A DNA stretch of 56,924 bases from a virus (Duplodnaviria > Caudoviricetes): the IMG/VR virus record IMGVR_UViG_3300032895_000004, positions 1 to 56,924 of that record. One strand, given 5' to 3'. Each line of letters begins with the position of its first letter. The stretch's first letter is position 1. Positions 17,318 to 26,407 of the stretch are shown here, in pieces. Both the position numbers and the translations under genes were made by a program. The notes below the pieces were generated by a model that saw only the letters and a program-made list of their open reading frames with translations, searched no databases and was not told where the DNA came from.

Positions 17318-18117
17318 GGGGCGGCCTCCTTGGGTAGAGGATCATGCGACTTCCGGCGTTCACTTGCTAACGCACTTCCTATGGTCTCACGTAACGACGT
17401 CTCGTGACGACCTCGCGCTGGGTCGCGGCGAACCGGCTTCGACTTCGCGATGGCAGTCTGCAACCCGGCCAGTGTCCACACTTCGACACCGGACGCGATG
17501 GCGCGTTCCACGTCGCTCACCGCAACACCGGCTCGAAGGACCGACTCGATGATGCCGAGCACTGCGACAAACGGCGTCTTGCCGTTGGATCGCAGCGCGG
17601 GCTTGACGGGTTGCTCGAAAGCCAGTTGCGTCAGATCGTGAGCCTTCCGAGACAACGGGTTGTCGCATCGTTTTGGAGAGACTGTGCCGTTGTCAAACGG
17701 CAAGAGTTGTGTTTCTTGAGTTTTATTTGAGTTACTAAGCAGAGAGGATCGTCCAGAGATTCCTTTTCGCGTCTTGGGTGATTCGTTTTTCGACCGTCTG
17801 AGATTCGTTTTTCGACCCTCAGAAAAGGCATCCCCCTGATTCGTTTTCTCTGGCATCAGGAAGCGATAGACCGACGGCACACCGCGACCGCGACCGATCG
17901 AGATGACTTCTAGGAGACCACGCTCGGTCATGTCTGCGAGCGTGCGCGTGATCGTCGGCACCGAGCATCGAGCCTTCGTCGCCAGCTCGTTACGAAGCAT
18001 CCAAATCTGTTGTTCGTGAACGTCGTTCACCACGTCGGCGATGGCCAGGTGCACGATGAGACGTTCGCCGAAATAGGGCGAATGCTTGAACACCCACGAC
18101 ATTGCTTCGACGCTCAC
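17314..18117 (-). CDS. Replication initiator (N-terminal wHTH, lambda O/DnaD-like)
   Basis: MSVEAMSWVF...ERLIVHLAIAD...ELATKARCSVPTITRTL...GLL; the central linker carries iterons. Confidence 0.82.
   Translation of the reverse strand: MSVEAMSWVFKHSPYFGERLIVHLAIADVVNDVHEQQIWMLRNELATKARCSVPTITRTLADMTERGLLEVISIGRGRGVPSVYRFLMPEKTNQGDAFSEGRKTNLRRSKNESPKTRKGISGRSSLLSNSNKTQETQLLPFDNGTVSPKRCDNPLSRKAHDLTQLAFEQPVKPALRSNGKTPFVAVLGIIESVLRAGVAVSDVERAIASGVEVWTLAGLQTAIAKSKPVRRDPARGRHETSLRETIGSALASERRKSHDPLPKEAAP
17701..17848. promoter_or_regulatory. Putative replication origin (iterons plus AT-rich tract)
   Basis: GATTCGTTTTTCGACC at 17780 and 17802, variants at 17758 and 17838 (22-bp period for the first three); AT-rich tract 17701-17740. 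Confidence 0.75.
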
Positions 18118-18279
18118 GCGTGGTCGAGTTTCGTCAGTCCTGACACGAGACGGGGAACGTAACACTCTCGTGTGTCGAAGTGTGGGACCCTGGGGTCATA
18201 CACCATCCCGTCACAGCCTCCCGTTACGATCGTGTTCGACGTGATTTTTCAAGGGTCACCGTCGGACGAGGAGAACCAC

Positions 18280-19473
18280 ATGCCACCAGCCACGAAACGT
18301 CCAGCGCGAAAGCGCGCTGCTACGCCCATCGACGCTCAATCGAAGGACGTCACACGCGCCAGCGATCCCGAGAACAATCCTGAGCCCGAGGAGGCCGATC
18401 ACGCCGATCTGCTTCCGGTAATCCACCGCGCCGAAGTGGTGCCGATCGCCGAAGGCGGGTTGGAGCTCCCGGTCATCGACACGGCGCGGCTCATCGAGCT
18501 GAACAAGGCCTATGTCGCCTTGTGCGAAGGCATCCTGAACGACAGCGATTATCAGTCGATCGGTAATCGAGCGTTCAAGAAGAAGTCCGCGTGGCGCAAG
18601 TTGGCGACCGCCTTCGGGGTGTCCGTCGAACTGATTGACGAGGACATCACCTACGACTCATCGACCAACCGGATCGTGCGCGCTCACATGCGAGTGCGAG
18701 CCACCGCGCCGAACGGTCGCTTCATGGAGGGCATCGGCATCTGCGACGTGTTCGAGCGGTGCTGCCTTCAGGGATGCGGCACGCGGCACACCCATTGCGA
18801 TGCCGCCTGCGACGGTGCGCGCCACTTCAGTCACGCCGAACACGACATACCGGCAACAGCGATGACTCGAGCCACGAACCGTGCTTGCGCGGATTTGTTC
18901 GGGATGGGCGAGGTCTCTGCCGAGGAGATGGAGGGCGACGGGGAACGGTCGCGGAGCGCGCCGTCCTCGTCCACCGGCCGGAAAGTCCCGAGCGTGAACG
19001 AGCTGCGTGCCGACATCGCGCGACGGATCGCGCAATGGCCCGAGGGGTCCGACGCCCGCAAGAGACTGGCGGCGGACTGGAAGCACCATCGACTTCCAAA
19101 GGGGAGCGTGCTCACGGCCGCGCAATGCCGTTTCGCCGGCGACCTCCTGAGCAACGTCGAGGCCGAGTACCCCTCAGCCCCCGCGTCAGAAGGCCAGGAG
19201 AGCCCCCCAGACGCCTCTGAGAGCCCCGCAACCTCGGGGGGCAATACCGATGACCCGGTGACCATTCCGGCGGACACACCCGACGATCTGGTGGAGGCGA
19301 CGATCACCGAGGCCCAGGAGCGCTCGCTAGCCGAAGTGGTCGAGTGGCTGGCCGCCCGCCATGTTGCCGTGGTCGGTGACGACGAGACCAAGATCAGGCG
19401 CGCCTACTGCGCGCGACGAATTCTCGAACAACGAGACGCCGGGAACGGCGAGACCAACAAGGAGCAGGGATGA
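18280..19473 (+). CDS. Single-strand annealing protein-like recombinase (Rad52/Sak-like)
   Basis: KKSAWRKLATAFGVS...VRATAPNGRF.EG.G.C...HDIPATAMTRATNRACADL.G.GEVSAEEM; long acidic C-terminal tail. Confidence 0.7.
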   Translation: MPPATKRPARKRAATPIDAQSKDVTRASDPENNPEPEEADHADLLPVIHRAEVVPIAEGGLELPVIDTARLIELNKAYVALCEGILNDSDYQSIGNRAFKKKSAWRKLATAFGVSVELIDEDITYDSSTNRIVRAHMRVRATAPNGRFMEGIGICDVFERCCLQGCGTRHTHCDAACDGARHFSHAEHDIPATAMTRATNRACADLFGMGEVSAEEMEGDGERSRSAPSSSTGRKVPSVNELRADIARRIAQWPEGSDARKRLAADWKHHRLPKGSVLTAAQCRFAGDLLSNVEAEYPSAPASEGQESPPDASESPATSGGNTDDPVTIPADTPDDLVEATITEAQERSLAEVVEWLAARHVAVVGDDETKIRRAYCARRILEQRDAGNGETNKEQG

Positions 19474-20045
19474 CCACCATCGAAACCTCAACACCGACCC
19501 GAGAGGAGCAGGTCGCCGTCTTCATCCAGGGGCTACGCGACTTGGCCGACTTCCTCGACGGTCACCCGGACGCCGTACCTTCGATCGGCGGCGTCACCGT
19601 CGAACGATGGGCATGGAGCGCCGACGAGCTGGCGGAGCGGGTTCGGACTCTTGGAGCGGGCGAGAAGTTCGAGGAGTACGGAACCATCGGCCTTCGTCTG
19701 AAGTTCGGGCCGCACAAGGTGCAGACGCGCGCCTTGCAAACGGACACCTGCGAGAAGAAGCCGACGGGCAAGATCACGACGATCACTCGCGAAGTGGACC
19801 CCGCCAAGGAGGAACTGCCGACCGGCGCACGCAACCTACGATCGCGCACCGTGATCACCTTTGACTTCGAGGAACCCGAATACGAGTGGGATTGCGCGCC
19901 GCTGCTGGCTGGCTCGAAGCCCGACCTGCACCTGGTGGAGTCACCCGACGACGCTGAGACTCCTGTCGAGGACTTGTCACCCGACGACCAGGAGCCCGAC
20001 CTGAACTACCCGCACGGGCGTGGCGAGGACGACGACACGTACTAG
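19470..20045 (+). CDS. Hypothetical phage protein
   Basis: GLRDLADFLDGHPD..P...EYEWDCAPLL; ATGA coupled. Confidence 0.75.
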   Translation: MTTIETSTPTREEQVAVFIQGLRDLADFLDGHPDAVPSIGGVTVERWAWSADELAERVRTLGAGEKFEEYGTIGLRLKFGPHKVQTRALQTDTCEKKPTGKITTITREVDPAKEELPTGARNLRSRTVITFDFEEPEYEWDCAPLLAGSKPDLHLVESPDDAETPVEDLSPDDQEPDLNYPHGRGEDDDTY

Positions 20046-20067
20046 ATCGCCAGGGGAAGGGGGGGGA

Positions 20068-20108
20068 CGAGAGAGCCCCGGGGGACTGACACCCCGGGGC
20101 TTCTCTCG
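20068..20108. terminator. GC-rich hairpin between convergent genes (probable bidirectional terminator)
   Basis: CGAGAGAGCCCCGGGG-GACTGACA-CCCCGGGGCTTCTCTCG. Confidence 0.7.
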
Positions 20109-20166
20109 CTTCAAGGGCGAGACGCCATGCCTAACGCCTCGGCCTCGATCGTAGCGGTGGGCCTGC

Positions 20167-20613
20167 TCAGGCCCCAGAGATCAGGCCGGTGACGAGCTGC
20201 ACGACACCAGCGATCGCCGCCGAGATGGCAGCGGTCACAACGGCCACCACGTCGGGCAGAGAGGTCACGTGCGTTGCGCCGGCCACCAGGCCCCCACCGA
20301 GAATCGTCACGAACGTCGCGACGATCGAGACGGCCAGCTTGCCGAGGTCGTGGGTGACCACGGGCGGCACGCTGAGTTGACGGTTCAGGCCGATCTTGCC
20401 GATCTTGGGGGCAGCCGGGATCAGACCCAGCACGTAGTGCAGGACGGCCACCAACCCCGCCGCACCCGCTGAGTACAGCAGGGCGAGAAGGGTCGGCATC
20501 GAAACGATGTTGGTCGCGCCTGCGACGAGCGCCGTGCCGAACGCGGCCAGGAAGGTCACGATCACGTGCACGACGAGCTGAACCGCTGCGGACTTCGTAG
20601 ACAGCTTGAGCAT
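20167..20613 (-). CDS. Holin-like protein with an internally duplicated 2-TM unit
   Basis: Two repeats of V.TF....G..LVAGAT...S.P......A..A........GLI; last gene of the lysis block. Confidence 0.7.
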   Translation of the reverse strand: MLKLSTKSAAVQLVVHVIVTFLAAFGTALVAGATNIVSMPTLLALLYSAGAAGLVAVLHYVLGLIPAAPKIGKIGLNRQLSVPPVVTHDLGKLAVSIVATFVTILGGGLVAGATHVTSLPDVVAVVTAAISAAIAGVVQLVTGLISGA

Positions 20614-21167
20614 TAGGAACCTCCGTTTGGTTGGGGACAGTGAGCGATCATCCAGGCGTACGCCGCCTCGATCTGTGAGGTGAGCAGCGACGCGTCGAAA
20701 GGCCAGAGCCCGATGGTGCATTGGTTGTTCTCCTTGCACGCCGACTCAGTCCAGTTGAACGACCCGGTGACCACGGCGGTGTCGTCGCCGACGTAGACCT
20801 TCCAATGCGAGATGTCCGTGCCGTCGGGTGCGGTGCCCACGGCCAGCCGCAGGTTCGGCATCCCGATGCAGGCGATCAGCGGAGCCAGCGCGCGCTGCTC
20901 GGTCTCCGACGCCCACTCGGATGAATCGAGGACGCACAACGTCGGCAGTCCTGCTCGGATCTTCGCCACGAAGGCCGCTATGAGCGCCGGGTGGGTGAAC
21001 GAGTACATGGCGAGGGCCTGGCGTACGCGCGTCGCGTTGATCGTGGCGACGATCGCCTCCTCCACCTGGTCGGTGGGAGAGTTGAACGTCAGATGATCCG
21101 CCGGCCAGCCCACCGGGAACGGCGAGGCCGCGTACTGATCGAGCGCGTCGAGGAAGGCGATGGTCAC
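20613..21167 (-). CDS. Phospholipase D superfamily protein (single HKD motif)
   Basis: AMYSFT, HWKVYVGD (HxKxxxxD), TGSFNWT, N.NQ-type motif. Confidence 0.87.
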   Translation of the reverse strand: MTIAFLDALDQYAASPFPVGWPADHLTFNSPTDQVEEAIVATINATRVRQALAMYSFTHPALIAAFVAKIRAGLPTLCVLDSSEWASETEQRALAPLIACIGMPNLRLAVGTAPDGTDISHWKVYVGDDTAVVTGSFNWTESACKENNQCTIGLWPFDASLLTSQIEAAYAWMIAHCPQPNGGS

Positions 21168-21370
21168 GTCTGCTCCTTGGTGGTCTCGAAGGCGCGGGGG
21201 TGCCGCTTGTGCAGGCGGTACAGCTTCACCGCGTCGCGAGCCTCATCGACTTCTCGACGTGGTGAGGGGTTACGGTGCCACCACGGCTCGAACACCCACA
21301 TGAGGATGATCGACGCCGCCACGATGGCGAGGCAGACCAGCGGAATCAGGATCGGGCCGATCGCCTTCAC
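21164..21370 (-). CDS. Small membrane protein
   Basis: N-terminal TM helix and basic tail. Confidence 0.6.
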   Translation of the reverse strand: MKAIGPILIPLVCLAIVAASIILMWVFEPWWHRNPSPRREVDEARDAVKLYRLHKRHPRAFETTKEQT

Positions 21371-22209
21371 GCGGCCGCCACGAGCTGTCGGTAGTCGCAT
21401 TGCGCGCCGAGGCTCACGAAGGTGGAGAGATGGAAGAAGTACGACCCGTTATCTCCCCAGCTTTTCGTCCAGTGATTGCGACCGCGCAGGATCGTCTTGT
21501 CCGGCACCACCAGGCCCGTCTCGGTCAGCGTCAGCTTCACGATCGCCGACCAGGTTGTCTCGTGACCACCGGCCAGCCCTGACTTGACGGCAGCCTCAAG
21601 ACCGCCCGCGTCGATGAAGCCGTTGGAGTCGGGGGTCATCCACGCGTTGTACCAGGGCTGGCCGATCTGGATGCACCCGGTCTGCATGAGTGAGACGAGG
21701 TTCTGCGCGCCACTCGCCACCTTGTCGCCTGCGATGAGCCCGAGGGACTTCAGGCCTTGCACGAGGTACGGGCCCGACGAGCCGCAGTCGGTCGGCGGCC
21801 ACTCCGAACCCGGGTCGCCCGTCGCGTCGGTAATCAGGTGATACAGGGCGATGGCGAACTTCTCCGCTCCCACCGTGTCGGCGTAGCTGGCGAGCGGGGG
21901 CAGGTTCAACTTGCCCGGGGCGGCGAGAAAGGCGGTCTCATCGAGCACGTTCGAGAGGCCCTCCACCCCCGAGTTCGCCACGCAGCTCCCGAGCGCGTCG
22001 ACCTCCGTCGCGCCGGGGATCAGCGTGGCGGTGTCGATGCCCTGCTCGATCAAGTCCTCCTGATCGAGCACGTCCACGTTGGGCTCGTGGTCGACCTCGC
22101 GCAGTGGCGTCCCCGCGTAAGCGTGCAACCGATCGAGGGTCAGATGAGGCTCGGCAACTTGGTAACGGCCGAACAACGTGGTGCGAGGAGTGGTCTTGTC
22201 AGTCGGCAC
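21367..22209 (-). CDS. Papain-like (C1) cysteine peptidase
   Basis: LDQ...LGSCVANS (Cys), AGGHE (His), RNHWTKSWGDNG (Asn). Confidence 0.87.
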   Translation of the reverse strand: MPTDKTTPRTTLFGRYQVAEPHLTLDRLHAYAGTPLREVDHEPNVDVLDQEDLIEQGIDTATLIPGATEVDALGSCVANSGVEGLSNVLDETAFLAAPGKLNLPPLASYADTVGAEKFAIALYHLITDATGDPGSEWPPTDCGSSGPYLVQGLKSLGLIAGDKVASGAQNLVSLMQTGCIQIGQPWYNAWMTPDSNGFIDAGGLEAAVKSGLAGGHETTWSAIVKLTLTETGLVVPDKTILRGRNHWTKSWGDNGSYFFHLSTFVSLGAQCDYRQLVAAA

Positions 22210-22219
22210 GGTCAGTCTC

Positions 22220-22510
22220 CTAGTGGTGGGTTACGGCGCTTCCGATCGCCACGCCAGCATAAGTCCCGGCGAAGTTCGCCGCCGAGATGGTCGCCATGAG
22301 CACCAGCGACTGCCTCGATCGCCACCCCGTCTTGAAGATCGAGTCAATCGCCAGCGCCGCGCAGACCAGGCTCGCAAGCCACTGGAGAATGTCGAGGCTT
22401 CCCGCGATGGGCGCGTTGTAGTGCGCCTCGGAAATGACCATCGCCGTGGCGACCAAGTCTTGGCAGGTCATGGCGATGAAGGCCAACAGAGCCGTTTTGC
22501 GAAGGGTCAT
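22220..22510 (-). CDS. Membrane protein (3 TM)
   Basis: MTLRKTALLAFIAM...; hydrophobic helices. Confidence 0.7.
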   Translation of the reverse strand: MTLRKTALLAFIAMTCQDLVATAMVISEAHYNAPIAGSLDILQWLASLVCAALAIDSIFKTGWRSRQSLVLMATISAANFAGTYAGVAIGSAVTHH

Positions 22511-22824
22511 CGCTCCGACTTGCGGTGGGCCTCGTGCAGCTCGTGTAGTTCGTTGAGGGTCGGGGCCCTCTTCGGAATCGTCGGGTGACAGTGGCGGCAC
22601 ACCTTGTACGGCGTCCCTGCGACCTCATGCTTCGCGAGCCGCCAGCACCCCTTCGTGTGACAGTTGTGGTGGCGGTACACGGCGACCACGCCAGCCAGCA
22701 GAGTGACCTCGCCGAGGTCGGAGCCAAACCCCGAGAAAAAGCCGTAATAGGCACCCGGCTCGTTGACCGTCCCGGTGCGTACCTCAATCCACCACCACAA
22801 CGAGGTGAAGAAGTGAGCGATCAC
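22507..22824 (-). CDS. Membrane protein with a Cys/His C-terminal domain
   Basis: YYGFFSGFGSDLGE + TM + HNCH..GCWR...H......VCRHCHP. Confidence 0.75.
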   Translation of the reverse strand: MIAHFFTSLWWWIEVRTGTVNEPGAYYGFFSGFGSDLGEVTLLAGVVAVYRHHNCHTKGCWRLAKHEVAGTPYKVCRHCHPTIPKRAPTLNELHELHEAHRKSER

Positions 22825-23162
22825 GGGGAGATACCAGGGAGGCTCGGCGGCGTTGGACACCCCGTCGTGGTCGGCGGGCACTCGTGCTCACCGACTTCGA
22901 TCAGATAAGTCGCGAACGCCACCAGCTCGGCGTCGACCGTGACAGCCGTCGTGTGATCCTTCGCCGTTTGTTCATGGTTCGCCTTGGACTGAGCCTCGGC
23001 TTCGTGCGCCGCCTTGTACGCCGCGTGCGCCGCCTGCTGTGCGCTGATGGTCGCAGCCTGTTGCGGTCCCGAGTTGACCAGAGCGTTGGAGAGATACACC
23101 AACGCGAGAACGACCACAGCTGATTCGAGCAACCGGAGCCAGAACCGCCAGGGATGGTTCAT
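22821..23162 (-). CDS. Membrane-anchored coiled-coil protein
   Basis: N-terminal TM, Ala-rich coil, C-terminal CPP...CP Pro-rich tail. Confidence 0.7.
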   Translation of the reverse strand: MNHPWRFWLRLLESAVVVLALVYLSNALVNSGPQQAATISAQQAAHAAYKAAHEAEAQSKANHEQTAKDHTTAVTVDAELVAFATYLIEVGEHECPPTTTGCPTPPSLPGISP

Positions 23163-23482
23163 AGCACGTCCTCCAGATCGGTCACGTCGTGGCCGTGGTC
23201 GACGCGGAGATGGCGGATCATCGCGCGGCCGAAGGCCTCCTGCTTGTGCTCGATCCGACCCAACGTCTCCCCGGCCGAGTTTGGGTCGCCGTTGCCCTTG
23301 CCATTTTTCCGGAGCTCCAACCGAATGGCCGGCATGAACACCCGGGTCCAGAAGAAACGAAGGACCAACCCGAGAAGCACCAGCGTTGCCGCGATTCCTC
23401 CTAGGAACTCGCCGACACCGGGGAGATTGGTCGCGAGGTACGCGCCGACAGCGGCCATGACGACCAGGAGCGCGGCGAGCAC
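23159..23482 (-). CDS. Membrane protein (holin/antiholin-like)
   Basis: Two TM helices followed by ELRKNG.G...LGRIE. Confidence 0.65.
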   Translation of the reverse strand: MLAALLVVMAAVGAYLATNLPGVGEFLGGIAATLVLLGLVLRFFWTRVFMPAIRLELRKNGKGNGDPNSAGETLGRIEHKQEAFGRAMIRHLRVDHGHDVTDLEDVL

Positions 23483-23483
23483 G

Positions 23484-23792
23484 TCAGCGCCTGTCGCCCT
23501 TCGCGACCGACTTCAGCAGGTCCGGCCACGCCTGATCGTCAGCGTGGAGAAAGTCGTGCACCGACTGGTCGAGGTCGGCCGGGTAGTGCGCGGGTCCCGA
23601 CTGCGATGCAGCGTTCGCGTAGAAGTTGAGAATCGTTTGCTGCTTGCCTCGCAACGCGTAGTAAGCGGCCCAGATCGGAATCTCCGACGTCGGGTTGAGC
23701 GCCCGCTGCCAGATGCCGAGCGCCTGGTCTTGCAACCACGCGGCGAGCTGGTCGGCGCTCTCGAGAAGGGGGTCGACGTAGGTGGTGGTCAT
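23484..23792 (-). CDS. Hypothetical protein downstream of the endolysin
   Basis: 102-aa helical ORF. Confidence 0.65.
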   Translation of the reverse strand: MTTTYVDPLLESADQLAAWLQDQALGIWQRALNPTSEIPIWAAYYALRGKQQTILNFYANAASQSGPAHYPADLDQSVHDFLHADDQAWPDLLKSVAKGDRR

Positions 23793-23805
23793 GGGCTTCA
23801 GCCTT

Positions 23806-24432
23806 TCACGCGTTGTTCAGCACGAGCATCGGTACGAAGGAGGGAGCAGGAGTGACGGCGAAGAACGACTCGAACTGCGCTTCGCTCCCGAGCCAGACAT
23901 CGAGGTCGACGTCGCTCGGGATGCCGTCGACCGGCCCGCCGTCGCTGAACTGGTGCATGAGGCACGGGTAGCTGGTGACGCCGGGCAGACCGTTCCACTG
24001 CGCGAGCCACAGTCCCGCCGCAATGTGGAACCCCTCCTGATACTCGGCCACGTCCAGGTACTGAAGCGCTGCTGGGTTGGCCGCGATCAGGGTCGCCAGG
24101 TGCGCGATGTACTCGGAGGTCGACAGTCCTTCGGGCAGCTCGTCGTCGTCGGCTTCCGGGAGCGCACCAACCAGCGCTGTGTACTTGGCCTGCTCAGCCA
24201 CTGGGTCGGCGGTGCCCTCGTCCATGAGATAACCGCCCACCGCGAACCCTGCTGCACGGATCGCGGCGAGAACCACTTGCAGGTTCGGCGTCACAATGCC
24301 GAGGCCCTGGATCACCTTCAACATGACGAACGGACGATCCCCACCCCCACGAGCTGCCAGGTCCGCGTAGGCGGCCGCCCAGTCAATCGCTCCGAGGTCT
24401 TGGTTGTCGGAGAGGTCTGTGCCGTAGTGCAC
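23806..24432 (-). CDS. GH25 muramidase endolysin (catalytic domain only)
   Basis: GTDLSDNQ..IDW, FVMLKVIQG, DDE, LWLAQW, HQFSD.G.VDGI...VDLD. Confidence 0.85.
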   Translation of the reverse strand: MHYGTDLSDNQDLGAIDWAAAYADLAARGGGDRPFVMLKVIQGLGIVTPNLQVVLAAIRAAGFAVGGYLMDEGTADPVAEQAKYTALVGALPEADDDELPEGLSTSEYIAHLATLIAANPAALQYLDVAEYQEGFHIAAGLWLAQWNGLPGVTSYPCLMHQFSDGGPVDGIPSDVDLDVWLGSEAQFESFFAVTPAPSFVPMLVLNNA

Positions 24433-24449
24433 GACCGCAGCCTAAGAGG

Positions 24450-25229
24450 TCACGCCGCTTTGATGCATGAATACAGCGCGTAATAGGGCGGGACGGTCGG
24501 TACCGAGGACCCGCTGCCGGTGTTGCCGATCGTGACCCCGGTGGCCGCGCTCCCTGTCACCGAGGCTGCCGTCACCCCGCTGCCGCTGGTGGTGATCGTG
24601 TAGGACCCGGCCCCGAAGGTGATATCCGCGAAGGCACCGGACCCCGGAGGATGCGTGTGGTCGGGGTCGGTGATCGGGTGATTGTGCGACGGCAGTTGAG
24701 CCACGGTCAATGTCACCGTTGCAGCGCCACCCTGGGCTCCCTCGGCGTAGCTGCCGCCCGCTCCGACGATGAACACCCCTTCGAGGTTGGGCAGCACGTT
24801 CGAGCCTCGAAACGCGTAAAGCGCCGGGTAGGTGGTCGGGTTGAACGTCGACCCGTTGCATTGAAGCCAGTTGGCGGGGGGTATCTTCTCCCACCACGCG
24901 ATCATCCCGACGTCGGTGGACCCGCCGCCTTGCACCGACGTGAACACCCACAGGTCGGTCCCCACTCCAAGAGCGATCACGGTCTGGCCCACGTAGGGGA
25001 TGAAGTCGCCCGCCACCGGGACGTTGGTCAGAACGGTCGGAGTCTGACCGGGCATGACCGGTGGTTGAAAGGAACAGGTGCACGGCGGACCAACCGTCAC
25101 AGCGGTGACCGTGCCGTATTGGACGACGGGAATCGGCAAGTTCGCGATGGCCGCGTTGACCGCGGCGGTGATCGCGTCGCTCGCGTCGCCTGCTTCGCCC
25201 GACGGGGTGCTGGGAGGAGTGGTGGTCAC
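24450..25229 (-). CDS. Tail collar/short fiber protein
   Basis: GMIAWW...P.NWLQCNG......YPALY...LPNLEGVFIVGAG...GG....TLT..QLPSHNH. Confidence 0.85.
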   Translation of the reverse strand: MTTTPPSTPSGEAGDASDAITAAVNAAIANLPIPVVQYGTVTAVTVGPPCTCSFQPPVMPGQTPTVLTNVPVAGDFIPYVGQTVIALGVGTDLWVFTSVQGGGSTDVGMIAWWEKIPPANWLQCNGSTFNPTTYPALYAFRGSNVLPNLEGVFIVGAGGSYAEGAQGGAATVTLTVAQLPSHNHPITDPDHTHPPGSGAFADITFGAGSYTITTSGSGVTAASVTGSAATGVTIGNTGSGSSVPTVPPYYALYSCIKAA

Positions 25230-26407
25230 GACACACGTCTCCCCGTGCCGTAGGCGAACTGGCTATTCCCCATCGAGTAGTTCCACGTGTCGATCACATA
25301 GGTCCGAGGCCCGACGACACCAGCGCGTGCGAAGGTGACCGCGATGACGTCGTTGGCGTCGAGTGACGCATCCGTCGGAATGTACATGATGATGCCGTCG
25401 AACAGACCCTTGCCGGCCAACCCGATCGCGTTCGCCATCGCCTGCGCCTGATCTTGGGTGGTGCACAGCGAGGTCGTCACATACTGGATCGTGAGCGGGT
25501 AGTTGCCGGTGCCCGCGACCGGGTAACTGCCTGGCCCGTTCGACAGCTCGCCGATGTAGGTATAGGAACTCGGGTCGGTGTCCTGCCAGTCGGCGCGGAG
25601 CGGCGTGGCGACCCCTGAGCCCTGCGAGATGACGATGACCCAGTTCGGCACCGAGTCGTTCGACAGCGTGTGTTTCAGTTCGTTGACCACGCAGTTGGGA
25701 CCTTGCACGAACTGGCGCACGACCGGCAGAGTGCTCGGGTCCACGACGGGCTGCAAGGTGATCACCCCGAAGGGATCGGCGAACAGTTCCATCCCGGCTC
25801 CCGAGGCCAGAGTGCAGCAGAACTGCCACGGGTCGTCGCCCACGTTGGCGTTCGCCACAGCGGGCACGAAAGAGGACGGCGAGAAGTTGTACTGAAACGT
25901 CACGTTCGGCAAGACCGTGGTGATCACGTCTTGGATCGCCGTGCCGACGTCGGACACACCGTCGGTCGCGTAGGGCTGGGTGAACAAGGCGCGTTGGATA
26001 CGACCGCCGTGGTCCGTGCCGCTCATGGTGATCACGACGGCTCCCGGATCGGCGCCGAGGTCGGCCACCACGTCGGTCAGCAGGAACACGCCCAGCGACT
26101 TCACCTCCGTGCTGCCGTCGGGATACATGACCCCGTGCCAGAGTTGTGCTTCGGCCCCGTCCGGCCACAACGGCGTCGTCGGGTCGCTCGGGATCAACTT
26201 GCTGTCTGTGCTCACGCACTGCACGTTGGTGAAGGTGCGACGGATCAGCGCCGTTTGATCGCAGACGACTTCGCCCGAGCTGTCGATCACGAGGATCGGC
26301 CCCGCGATCTTCGAGCCACCGATGGTCTCGAACACATTGATGAAGCGGTACAGCTCCACCACGTCGCTCGCAAGGGCGGACTCGTACGCTTCGGTGACCG
26401 CCTGCAT
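25226..26407 (-). CDS. Minor tail protein (baseplate hub, DUF5047-like)
   Basis: Position after the tape measure/distal tail genes; LGVF, LFADP.G, N.VIV, SLDANDVIAV motifs. Confidence 0.78.
   Translation of the reverse strand: MQAVTEAYESALASDVVELYRFINVFETIGGSKIAGPILVIDSSGEVVCDQTALIRRTFTNVQCVSTDSKLIPSDPTTPLWPDGAEAQLWHGVMYPDGSTEVKSLGVFLLTDVVADLGADPGAVVITMSGTDHGGRIQRALFTQPYATDGVSDVGTAIQDVITTVLPNVTFQYNFSPSSFVPAVANANVGDDPWQFCCTLASGAGMELFADPFGVITLQPVVDPSTLPVVRQFVQGPNCVVNELKHTLSNDSVPNWVIVISQGSGVATPLRADWQDTDPSSYTYIGELSNGPGSYPVAGTGNYPLTIQYVTTSLCTTQDQAQAMANAIGLAGKGLFDGIIMYIPTDASLDANDVIAVTFARAGVVGPRTYVIDTWNYSMGNSQFAYGTGRRVS

Noticed and set aside
20053-20066. G-run as a phase-variation or G-quadruplex signal
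   Set aside because: A single intergenic tract between convergent genes beside a terminator; no supporting evidence.
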